Shown here: positions 23,413 to 36,400 of the stretch, one piece after another | How positions within the stretch are numbered: position 1 is the stretch's first letter | How the letters are laid out: every line of letters starts with the position of its first letter | NCBI GenBank assembly: GCA_034226945.1 | Contig: CP120463.1 | Location: 496,001-560,000 of the forward strand | Direction: 5' to 3' | DNA from: Picochlorum sp. SENEW3 | Taxonomy: Eukaryota | Length of the DNA stretch: 64,000 bases | Notes under the pieces: model-generated | Database searches by the model: none | The model's input: only the letters and a program-made list of their open reading frames with translations | What the model was told of the DNA's origin: nothing | Position numbers and translations under genes: made by a program

Positions 23413-24420
23413 TTAGTGTGCTGGATGAGAAACTTTTAGAATGTTTAGCCAGAAAAGCCATACGAGCATAAAGACTATGAATTCGCAGATTACAATCCAA
23501 GCAAGCCTTATCCGCGATCTATCCCGATGGTATTGGGTTTCGGACATCGTTCTCTTCTCTTGGGTTAAGGTTTCGGCCTCTGCTCCGATCCAAGAATGAC
23601 GAGATGACAAAATCGGGTTTTCATGTTCCAATGCCTCCAGACAGCTGCAAGCGGCCTTTGAAGCAACCTGCAAATACTCTGATGCAACAAAATAGTGATT
23701 TGAGTCAATCACAATGCGTTCAAATGAAGATTGGGTGTGTCGTGTCCACCCCTTCATGTAGCCGTTCGGAATGGTGTTGTCCTTGGCCCCGTCAAATGCC
23801 AAAATAGGACAGGAGAGCGGCGTATTCTCAACTGAGTACTCGTACTGTACAGCCATCATTATATCATTAACTGCCATCGGTGCGACGAGATCATATAAAT
23901 CCTTGGATTGCTTCATCTCCTCAATTCCAGCAAAATGTCCAGCCTCAAATGCATGCAAGACATTTTCCTTTGGGAGTGACCTCCAGTCACGTAGATGCGC
24001 GATGACTTCGTCTTTGATGACCCTAAAATTGCCAAAAAGATAATTTCTCTTTGGATTGTAGATTTGCATGATAACGGATGCATATTTATCTGGAGGAGAA
24101 ACTGCTGCTGGTATGAAAAGAAGCGGCATTTTTCTTCCGCATTTCTGCCGCCTTTGAATCATATCGTAACCAATAATAGCTCCGAGGCACGTTCCAAAAA
24201 TTGCATAAGGCATCTCATCAAGAGGAAGTGTCTCAATCAGATGCTCAGACAAAGCTGGCAATGAATCGATGGGTTCTTCGTTCGATCGCCTTCCGCGGCC
24301 AGGGATCTGAACAGGATACACATCTATGCACGATGGGAAAATTTGGTTCCAGTGAGCAAACAGATTTTCGGCAACTCCACCTGCCCAAGGTAGACAAAAT
24401 AGCCTCATTTTTGCCCGAGA
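23413..24420 (-). other. PKS terminus: TEII-like alpha/beta hydrolase with Cys nucleophile plus C-terminal TM helix
   Basis: RLFCLPWAGG, VQIPGRGRR, AIFGTCLGA (GHSxG position), NHYF; LAWIVICEFIVFMLVWLFWLNIL tail. Confidence 0.85.
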
Positions 24421-27400
24421 AGCTGCCACAGGCGCGTTTGCTGCATTTTTTTCAGCCTCAGCCAAAGTGTTGTGGGCTCCGCCTCCATGATGAAGCAGCA
24501 AATCCATCAGAGAAGCAGGGGTATGCGTGATCAACTCGTATGACTCGACAGTCGAAGTCCCCATCAAGTCATCAATCTTTGCTTTCAAGTCTAGCGATGA
24601 TAGAGATTCTAGACCTTGTTCACCCAGGGGCGTTGACGGGTCAGGGCGGTCGATTTGCAGAACAGATTGGAGAATGCGGTCTATGGAACCTTGGTCAACC
24701 GATTTCCCTCTCAATGCATTGCTCTTGGCTTTTGATCCGTTTTCTTCCAAGTTTGGCTCATATTCTAGAACCGGAGTAATTGTTTGCAGTTCCTCATAAA
24801 TATCTTCTAGTTGATTAGATAAATTGGATCCAATGAGCATCTTGATATTTTTCCAATATGACTGTGTTGCAACCATGTACACTGAAGCATTACCGAATCC
24901 GATCACCCACTGCAAGGCCGAGAGCCCATGGCCAACACTAAGCATACCCAGAGATTTCGCTTCTTCATCCGATGCAGCAAATTTAGCAGCCATTCCTGCA
25001 ATGAAAAATTTTTTTCTAGTTATTTGCGAAACTCAGTCTCAGCAATGTCCACAAAGCACGTACCGATTGATCCCCATGCTCCCCATTGTGTTGATGTACA
25101 TGAAAGACCCTCGACTCGGAGCCTAATCGCGAGATTGTCCATGGCGCTGTTCGCGGCGGAGTACGATGCATGATTCTTATTTCCTAAGAAAGCGGATATC
25201 GAGGAGAAGAAGTTTGCACAAAGCGTTGGTCTTGTTCCACGAAACAGTTTCTCTATTGGCTCGAATTTGCCCGAATGCACCCGCCTGCTGATATTCGGTG
25301 CAGTGTGCGGCATGGTGGCAGCTTGTTGGCTACCCGACGTATGCAGAAACACCATTGAGATTGGCATGTCCCTCCTGCAATTATCATGGTAGAGGTCAGC
25401 GTCCGATGATATTGAACCATCAATCTTTTCAATGCGAGTGAATCCTGCTTTGGTCAGCGCATCTCGTGCATGTCCATTGCTAACTCCACTCCTACTGAAG
25501 AGATAAACATGGTTGGCAAATAAAGCCCTCCCCCAAGTTGCAGTCGCCATTCCCAGTGCCCCAGTTCCTCCTGATACCACCAAAGATGCATTAAAAAGTT
25601 GTATCTTGTCTTTTCTATTTTTTTGTACTGTCCTTTTCACCTTTTTCACGACGGGCAATGTCGAATCGTAAAGCATTTCTCTCTTGCTCTTCTCTGAACT
25701 CTGAATGAGGATATTGCTGCTGAATTTCTGAATCGAAACTGTTGGCATCTCCAGATAAACGTTATTTAAATACCCACTGACAATGCCATATTCTTTACCC
25801 AACCTTTTAGACAGTAGGGGCGTCACTGTATTGAAGTTACTCTCATTAACAATGTTTGAGATGATGAGGGATGATTTGGTTTTCGCTGATGCGATCGCTG
25901 AGAGTGCTTCTGCAAGAAGTTGCTCAATGTTTAAGGCTGGCATTTGGAGGTTTGGCTTAAATGTTTTAGAGTTTCTCGGAATCTCATTGGCTGCATGGCT
26001 TGCACTGTTAACATAGGCCTGATAGCGGTACAGGTTCTCAGGATGGTGCATCCCAGTCATTCGGCGCACCAGTCCTTCAATTCGAGTCAATCTGCCTCGA
26101 TCTTCATCAATAATAATTGAAGTTGTTGACGCCCCACAAAATTTGCTGGTGCGGTCTTGGGGTAAATGTAGAGAAGCGACTTGAGCAGCGCAGTTATCCC
26201 CATTTCCTGACAATGTGCAGACTCCAAGCAGGGAGTACACATCAACTAATAAGTCTGACTGAGAGCTAGACGTAGCAATCTGTGCACATGAGGTGTCTGC
26301 TTCAATCCACAGGCTTACTAGAGTATTTGATCTATTAATATGCTGTTTTCTTTCAGAATTTCTCTGAACAAGCCAAGGGGCCACTGTAGCTTCTGCTAGT
26401 GTTGCCTGCTCATTCACAAGCGAGCAAATTCCGTCCTGTGGGACAAAGCGGGCTTTAAACGACCCTTTAAGACTCAATCCTATATTAAACGCGTTTGTGT
26501 TGTGCAACACAATATCGTGTTGATCGCTCCCTTTGTCCCCCCGCTCAGAAGAATGAAGTGATAATGCTACCGCAACCGCTGATTCAATGACGAATAAGAT
26601 CCCACCATTCGATTGGGCCAAAAAAGATCTCATTTCAACTGATTTTAGTTCACGCATTTCGTATAGAATTCCCTCTGTGTGAGTAATAGAGCTAAACTTC
26701 ACCAAAACTAATGGTAAATGTTTGGCTTCAATTCTGTTGAAGAATTCCCAGGCCTGAAAACAAGGAAATTAAAAATACGTGATTTCTCAAGCATTTAGAC
26801 GCGAAAAAGTTAGAGACCATATACATCCTATATGTGGAACCTACATGGTGTATGTTGAGCCCGCGTTTTTGGTCAACTCTTAATTTGTGTATATGAGAGA
26901 ACATTGCATGAGCATTTATGCCGCTCATGCCAAATGAACTAGTTCCAACCACTCCTGGATCCATTGATACTGCTGAATTTTCTCTATTGATATGATGAGA
27001 ACCGTCCGCTTCTGCCATAGATTGCGATATAAATGGATTCAATCCCCGGAGGTGCTGAACAGGTGGCTTGGTGAGGCATCCAAGTAGTGACAAACCACAC
27101 AAAACTCCATTCAGGCCAGCGTTGCCTTCAGCATGGCCAAGGAATGATTTACTAGCCAGCATGCTCAATACAGAATTCTTCGAAAAAACTCGTAGTAATG
27201 CGCTAACCTCGATGGGATCCCCTAAGGCAGTACCTGTCCCATGGGTAGAAACAGCAGTCACCTCGCTTGTGCTGATAGCTGCTTGATCGCAGGCTGATCT
27301 CAAAAGCTTGACTTGGGCAGAGCCATTGGGCGATGTCAAACTACTACTTCTTCCATCTTGATTCATGCAAATTGAGTCGACGTCTGCCACAATCGGTTTC

Positions 27401-30400
27401 TCGTCGATTGCGCCTCTCTCAATCAACTCCATCAGCAAAACAGTTGAGCCTTCGGCTCGGCCATAGCCATCAGCATTTTGGCTGAATGTTTGGCATCTAC
27501 CCGTGAATGAAAGAGCTTTAAGATGACAAATAGCACTGAAAGTATCTGAATTGAGAATTAGGTTTACACCAGATGCAAAATTGGTACCAGAGCCTTGCAT
27601 CATTAAGGAGTTGCCGGACAAATGGCATGCGACAAGCGAAGAAGAGCACGCAGTGTCACTACAAATGGACGGGCCTGCATGTCATAATATATTTGAATAT
27701 GTTTTAATGTCCAGATTTAGAATTGCTGTGGAGAAAATGTATAGCACAACTCACCATTGAGTCCAAACGTGTAAGACACCCGTCCTGCCATGTACGAAGC
27801 CCCATTGCCAATTATCGCATGAGGTGGAGGTTTGGCGCCTCTCTGGGGCAAACTAGTGAGATATTCATGATACATACAACCTATATAGACACCGCTAGCG
27901 ATAGAGGTGTCAGTCGCAAGTATCAAAGTGGCGTGCTCTTCCAAGAGAATTCTCACTTGAGGATCCAACCAACAAGCTTCTTGATGAGTTATTCGAAAGA
28001 TCTCATCATCAAATTTGAAGACATCCTTGCAAAATGCGGCAAATCGTGTGTATGATAACCCAGAAGCAGTGTTAATCGGATCAAAACAACTCTCAATGTC
28101 CCATCGCTCATACGGCACCTGTGCAATGACATCCTTCTCAGGAAAAATGCTTCTTTTAGGATCTAAGCAATATCCTTCAGCCTCAGGGAGTTTGCCAGCA
28201 ATTGACCTGATAACGATCGACTTCTCCCATAATGAGGGTGTTTCACGTAAGTTCAAGGTCTTGGGGTCCATAATGGCTCCGTGCTCATTCAAAATGTGAG
28301 TGCTGAGTGCTGAAATAGAGGGATGATCAAAGGCTACTGTTGGATTGACATCGATACTTAGAGTCCGTGAAAGAGCATTCGCAAGCTCCATACTTCCTGT
28401 AAAAATATTATTGTTGATTAAATCAAAAGTAAGGATAAACGTTTCTTCAAACGCAATGCAATTTTTCCTTTCAACGCACCAATAGAGTCCAATCCAGCCT
28501 CCATGAAACCCTGATCATCCTCTATTTTTTGGCCTAATATTCCTGCAACCACTCCTCTAACAGATTCCAGAATGAAAGAATTTGAAAATTTATTCATTAC
28601 CACTTTCGTCGATATGCGAACAGTGGGCGCCTCGACTGGACTATCGCGATTCAGATTAATTTCAGTAGGTTGCTGTACCAACGCCCCTACAACTGCATTG
28701 TTGAGACAGGCTTGAGAACCCATGATCGCCATTAGAATCTCAAGACCCATTTGAGGATATATTATATCCATTCCTTGTTTCCTCATTGCATCTAAATGGC
28801 GTTTAGCCATGCCCACACTCCAGGGGCCCCACTCAACAGCCAAAAAGTCCAGTCCTTTATACCTGTTTTCCACGCAAACTTCATTCAGGCACGCGTTCGC
28901 TGCACTGTAGTTTGACTGGCCAATGTTGACAAATGAAGCAGCAATAGATGAAAATATAATTGTAGATTTCTGTGGAAGCATTCCATAAGCCTCGGTAAGG
29001 AATCGGAGACCATTTGATTTTGGTGCCACTACACTTCTCACGTGAAACGGTGCCAATCTGGACAATAGGGAATCATGAACGACTCCAGAGGAAAAAATGA
29101 CTGCTTTTGGTGCAGCATAATTTTGCTCAGATTCCTCGTGATTAGTCTGGTCTCTCTTCGATATTGAGTAGAACTCCAGTGATGGATGCTCTCCTCCGGC
29201 ATAACCACTCCTTCCGAACATGTGTATGCCCTTGAAGCATCCGCGGCCATTTTCAGAGATCCAAATACTGATTAGGGACCCTAATGCACCAGTGCCGCCG
29301 ACTATGTCCCATTCTATCGCAATCGTATTGGGCCTGGCTGCAGTTTCTATGAGCACTTCCTCTTTAAGGCGAGCTACACATCGAGCCATACCGATTTGCA
29401 CGTTGTCATGATCATCTTGGATCATGGAACGATTTAAATCCATGGGTTTCTTTGCAAAATCCTTCTGGTGATTGAAAAATGCGTTCACTCCTATTTCAGC
29501 GGCTGAAGACTTGATTAAGCTAATCTCAGGCAACGTTGAAGTTTGCGAGTTATAATGAGAAGATACATTTCGAGATATTCTCCCCATTAATATGCACTCG
29601 TAGTTCTTTTCTTCCTTCATAATCTGCACTAAAGTCAGTAGATCTGAAATTTCAGAAGAGCTTGATCTATCCAAGGAGTACTTTCGGCATATATCCTTTT
29701 TGCTCTGGAATACAACAGCCAAATCCTTGATGAAATCATTGCTTAACAGCCTACTACATGATTCTTTAACAGTGTACTCGATTTGGTAGAACTTTTTATC
29801 TGGCTTCTTGCACCTGTTGGAGTCGTTAGGTAAGCTTGATGGCCGGAACTGCATCCTCTGGATTTTGAATGGGTCTTGCCGTGTCGAAGTTGCCCCGTAG
29901 TCGCAGTGTACTGGATCCGATGCTTCCATGAAGTTTTGAGCATCTACAGCTCCGTGCACCCACTCAATGCTGTTTAAATGTTTTGATACTAGACTAGCTT
30001 CTAATGCTGTGGGATATCGCAGAACTCCCGGTGACTTGGAAAACCCAGTGCATATCTGCAGAGAGCAGTCAATTTGCGGAGGCATGGACGCAAATCCTCC
30101 ATCTGTTATCTGTTGTGGAGCAATATATCCTATGCAAGATCTTGTGGTATAGTTGGGTTTGAATTCCGCTATTTGACGGGCAGCCAAGTTGACTTGTCTC
30201 CAGGGTTCGATGCGTGAGTTGTACCCATATGAAATGGTGCATGAAAACGCCTTCTGGACCCCACCATTCTGTATCGTTCGGATGGCAAGCATTCCATCGT
30301 TGCTTATTTCAACAAATAATTGATTTTCAGTCAGTGAGTTCAAAATCGTGAACTGATGTGCGAGTGCATTCGTGATCCTAGCACTCTTCTCCTGGTACAG

Positions 30401-33400
30401 GAAAGCATAACAGTCGACTGATGCAACAAACAGTGACGCGAAGGGAAGAATAATTTCTGCATTGATCTGGTGTTGAGAGTGCATGCTCAAGGCATTGTCA
30501 GATATGCTGATCTGTATCTCTATTCCTGCCGAACAGGACAAGGATTTGTAATGCTCGCTAACATGGGCAGGCAGGACCCACAGGCTAATGCGTTTGTAAA
30601 TGACTTGGCTCCGCAATTCTCTTTCCATCTTTCTACTCTGAATATCTGCAGATATAATGATGTTTGCATTGGTTCCCTGAAATGCAAATGCACTCACGCA
30701 TGTCGCGATATTCTGGCCTGTTATTGGATTTCCAGATTTCTCCCTGGTGAGAAAAGGTGCAAGTCTTGAACCCAGGGAAACGTGGGGATTTAAGCTTTTC
30801 AAATACTGAATAGGTACATTTTCAATTTTGGAAGATATATACTCAGCAGCAAGACAACCAATATGGCCTGATGCTGGCTCTGCGTGCCCAAAGTTCGTCT
30901 TCGATGCTGATATTGTGGGCAAGGAATATTTCTCAAACACACGTTGGAGAGCACCGATTTCAATTGGGTCCCCCAATGCTGTCCCGGTACCATGGAGGAT
31001 AGCATTAGATAAATCAGAGGGGCTCATTCCTGAATTTATGACGTTCGTGCGTATCAAGCTATGCTGAGCGGTGCCATTTGGCGCAGTCAAGGACGATGAT
31101 CTGCCATCCTGGTTTACGTTGATTGCAAGTATCACCGAGCAATTGGAACTGTGAGCAGTGCTCAGAACTGAAGCAATGCAAGCTTCAGATCTTCCATACC
31201 CATCAGCGCTTGAATCTAAAGCTTTACATCTGCCATCCATTGCCAACATTCCGGATTTCTGAAGTGCCACTGTAGTGTCGCAAGATAATATCATGCTCAC
31301 AGAATCAGCGACAGATGCGACATTTTTTGTCTTAACATAGTCTACACATAGTGAAATTGCCACCAATGCTGACGAGCATGCCGTGTCAACACTCATGGAT
31401 GGTCCAGTGCACCCGAACATGTACGAAAGCCTTCCAGAAGCTGCGCTAAGACTAGTACCAGTACTAGCATAGGAATTGCCTGCTCCATTCATGTATCGCA
31501 TTATCAGTTGCTTATATTCCATATGCTGAATACCAACGTAGAATCCAGATTGTAAATTTGTATTGAATTGAGGCATGGACTGGATGCATCTGTAAGTGAT
31601 CTCTAGTAAGCGCCTGTGCTGAGGGTCCATGCACTGTCCCTCCATGGCAGACACTCTGAATAGCTCCGCATCAAATTGGTCAACGTGATTTAGCCATCCA
31701 GAGAACCGCACTAGCCCTCCCTGAAACAAATTTTAAACCCATAATCGAGCAGATGAAAATAGATTTCAATCATACATACATGGTATCGTACCTCGTATAC
31801 TTCTGAATCCCATCTGTTTGGGGGGACAATTTGTGCATAGTCACTGAAGATTGGATGTGGCTTGGGAGTATCGGCTTCATGAATCATACTCAACGATCCG
31901 GGGCTAGGGTCTGCAATCATATCTAGTTGCTCCTTTTGGGGAATGATATGATCAGCATTAGGAGTTTGGCAAATGAATTTTACCATGGCATCCACAGAGG
32001 GGTAGTCATATATTAATGTTGCTTCCAGCTGCATTCCTGTTTTGGAAGAAAGACTACGGGAAATTTCAACCGCAGTCAATGAGTCGATATCCTGAAAATT
32101 AATTTCTGGATCTTCGTTTTCTAAGGACGAAAGAATTACGTCACGGACTAATTCCTTCACCAGGGCTGGAGACTTTTGAACATATTCTACGGGTTCATAT
32201 CTCTCCTCATGCTGAGATGTAGCTCTGGTGCCGGAGCCATGGTCGAATTCGTCCATTAGTCTCCATTGTCCTCTAAGCGAAAATGCCGACTTCAATAAAT
32301 TGAGATCGAATCTTAAATGCCCTGTAATGGGCGCGCATGACGCAAGGTATAGCCTCCAAATCTCCATGGGAGCAAATGGGCTGATCCCCATTGTCGCAAA
32401 GTGGTTTGCGTACTCTTTGGCAAGACCTTCACTCAAAAATGGTCCCAATCGAAGGCTATAAGATTTCAGACCAAAATCATACCTGATACGAGATAAATGA
32501 TCAAGCATAGAGTTGGCACAGGAATAATATGCACCACCTATTTGACTCCAGATCGATGAAATAGAAGAAAGATATACTTCCGAATATGTCTGACGCCTCA
32601 GAGAGAAATCCACAGAGTTCACCTGCGGTTATTTTGAAATCCAGAAATATATTATCAGAATGACCATCCCTTTGACCATCAGGTGGGCGCATTACGTACC
32701 TTGTGCGAGACTATTTTCCGAAACGTGGTGGTATCCAGTCCACCAATGAGATCGTTTGCACTTATTCCAGTCGCGAAAACTCGCTGCTCAAAGTGAGGAA
32801 ATTCCTCCCTTAATTGTTCCTCGAGGCTGCCATTATCTATATGTAATGTAGAATCCGACAGAATAATCGAAACAATAGAATTAACTTTGCGGAAAGCATG
32901 CACCCTATTTTCTGGCAGGTATCCTTTGCTTGAGGTCACCAACGTGTGCTGACATTCTAGCGACAGTACAGCGCTTTTGATATACTCAAATCCAATACCC
33001 TGAATTGTGTATAATATAAAATGAGAGATTATCTAGAATTAAGGAAAATAGAATCATATCATAGCACACAGTCCTTACCTTCGTTCCACCATACACTAGA
33101 ATGGATGTGGGAACTTTCGGAGCATGCCGAGGCTTATGTCGTCCATTTTGTATCCTAAGTACATAGCACCTCTGGCCGTTCAGCTGGAATTCGTACTCTC
33201 CTGTGCATGTCAACAGATGCCTCAATGTTTCCAGTCCAAGTGCATGTGTGAGCCCTTCCGAGTTGACCAGCTTGATCGAAGGGGCAAACAGTTGTCTTGA
33301 CTCCAGAAAAATTGTCTTTGATAGAGATAATGTCGCCTCATACTGTTTTATAGTCCTCTGATGCGGTTCATGGGGATGGCTTGGGATGATGGAGAGAGGT

Positions 33401-36400
33401 GAGACTGTCAGGCTCCTGTTCCAGTTTATTGACGTCATCATATCATATATTGATATCAGAACATCAGTATCCTGATCACACTTCACACGTTTGCAAGAAA
33501 AATCATTTGTCAGCAATAAATGCGCGATGTCGGAATGCATAAGGGCGCAAATTAGATGCTCAATACTGCTCAGCGACACGTCAAATAAATGAGCCTCGCT
33601 GGGCGCTACCCTTCCGATTCTAAGGCAATCGTTAAATGCTTCGACTTGGCATTTGTCACTTGCTAGAGGTTCAAGCATGAAGAGGCCGATCTTCCCTGAC
33701 TCATTATCACGCCGTTCCGCTTCAGTGATATTTTTTGGCTTCCATAGATGAGTCATCAATTCATTGTTTGTTTTACTGGCCGGCGCCTTAAAGGAGGACT
33801 GACATGAAATACCAAGATTGATAGCAGTGTTAAGAGTTCTGCCTCCGGAATGGTGGCAGACACAACCCTCATGCATCGGTCTATCCCAATCCTCATCCTG
33901 GGCACCTTGAACTGATAAATGATTGAATTCAGTGTCCTCGTGATTTGAAACTAGTCGTCTAAGTTCAATCAGAGACTGTATCGCAGTAGAATTGAGATTA
34001 GATCGATTGCGCTGAATAGTTGCGGTGCAGATATAATTCCTTTGAAAATTTGGGAAGTCAAAAACCTTCTTCCTGGGTTCCTTCAGAATATCCATAGACT
34101 TTTGGGCCATTGCAATTGTGAACTCGAACGACTTTTGTTTTGATGAAGAAAAGGTCAATGAACCATCTGAAATCGATAACGAGACGCAGATCCTCGGCCA
34201 ACTAAATGAGAAGGCTTGATTCTGGCACTGCAGCATTATATGATTGAGGTCGCTGCCTACAGTGCTAACAACCCTAGACTCGCAGACCAGTTCAGCCAGA
34301 GAAAAGCACAAACCTAGCATACTGGAGATCTTAACGTTTTCAATTTTAGTTAGTAGCGTGTCTGCTCTTCTTAGATCGAACTCAAATGTCACACTGGGCC
34401 GCAGTTGTCTGACTTTGCCACAATAGTGTTTCGGAATCGCAGCTGGCCAAAGACTACTGCTTCTGAAGTGGAGACTTTTTACTTCAAGTGTACGATCATT
34501 ATTATTGGCATCTCCTGTCTTTTGGATGATCGATGATGCATTTGTACCACTCATACCGAAAGAACTGGTTTGACCAAGGGAAGCTGCCGCCATACATGTG
34601 CCTTCTCTTGGTATGAACACGGGGCCAAATTTCGTATTATCCTCAAGGGTTTGCACCACAAAAGTATTGGGTGTGACCAGGTGATTTATCAAAGGCACGT
34701 AAGAATCCCGGACAGACACCAAAATCTGTAGGAGGCCGGATAGTCCAGCGGCGCCTTCAGTGTGCCCCGTGATAGATTTGAATGCCGCAATGGACAGACC
34801 ATCTTTGTGGTGACCACTGAAGGCGTTCATTAGTGCATTCACTTCTATTGGATCTCCCAAGGAAGTCCCTGTTCCATGGAGAGAATATGTCGTTATACTT
34901 GATAAAGGCAGCATTCCTTGCTCTGCAGCCCTCAAAATGAGCCTCGACTGGGATGGACCACATGGCGATGTTAAACTGGAGCTCTGTCCATCTTGATTCA
35001 CGTACGATGAGACGATTGCTATACTTGGGCTACCGATTGTATCTTCACTAGACAATATCGTCAGGAGCACTGCCTCGGACCTTCCGTAACCATTTGCCAG
35101 AGAATCCAAAGTTTTGCATCTACCCTCGAAGCTCAGAGCATTGAGCCGGCAGAGGGCCATAGTGACTGCTGGGCTAAGCATGAGATTGACGCCTCCAGCG
35201 ATGCTATCCTTTACTTCTCCTTGCAATATGATTTTACTGGATAAATGGACTGCGACCAATGAAGATGAGCACGCAGTGTCGATTGAAGCTGCCGGTCCAG
35301 TGAGTGCAAAGTGATAGGAGAGCCTGCCTACCATGAAGTTTCCAGAAGTGCCGGTCGCAGAATAGCTGGACATAGAATTTTCTGCTGTCGATAGGACATG
35401 AGAGTAATCGAAGTTCATGCAACCGATGAAATTACCTGCATTCACTGGAAATCTGGTGTGATTATTAATTTTCTGCAAGCAAAGGCATTCATGCAACCTA
35501 CCCAAATCATTCGAGGTTAGAACTTCTCTACATTGGTTGATTGCCTTATATGCGGCATGCAGCAATAGTCTTTGCTGTGGATCTGTGTATGTGGCTTGTA
35601 AAACGCTGATTCCAAAGAGTTCGTTATCGAAATAGGATACAGAGCTCAGGAAGGCTCCAAATCGAGCATATATCCCTGCCGCTGAGATAGTCGAAAAAGA
35701 AGAGTCTGCGTCCCACCGCTCAAATGGAGTCACTGATTGGCATTCCGAGCGGCCTTGCAAAATCTTGAAGGTATCATAATTTCCTCGTTCATCGAAAGGA
35801 AACCTTGAGTCGACACTGGAAATGCGAATTGACTTGTTCACCTCCAGATCAACTTTCAGATGATTGATGGTTTCAGGATGTGTTTTCTCCTCGGATCCGA
35901 TTGAGAAAATGTAATCCGTGATTGCTTCTATTGTGGGATGATCGAAAACCAGAGTATTTGGTAAAGTAATGTGGAATGCGTCTGCTAAAGTGTCTTGAAG
36001 TTCAATGGCTGTAAGTGAATCCAAGCCAGCATTCATTAAGGGTTCTCGGATTGTGATGTCTTTTCCCAGAAGACCTGTTACAATCTGCAGTACCCATCTA
36101 GCGACGCTTTCTCTATGAATCTCGTGTGAATGGTGCACAACAGTCCCTGTTCCAGATGTTAGATTCCTCTCATGATTCTCAAGCAGAGTATTGTCCCGCC
36201 AAAAATCCCCATCGAAGTTGAAAGGGCTTGCAATAACTACTTTGCTCATTTTGCCTGATTGCATCAAGTGAGCCAATGAAGCCAAGCCTGATATAGGGCT
36301 CACAGTGCCTAAGCCATACGCCGATGTCCTCTTCAAAATGTCACCCCTAAATTTTGCCATTCCAATACCGGACCAGGCACCCCAGGCAATACTTGTGACG

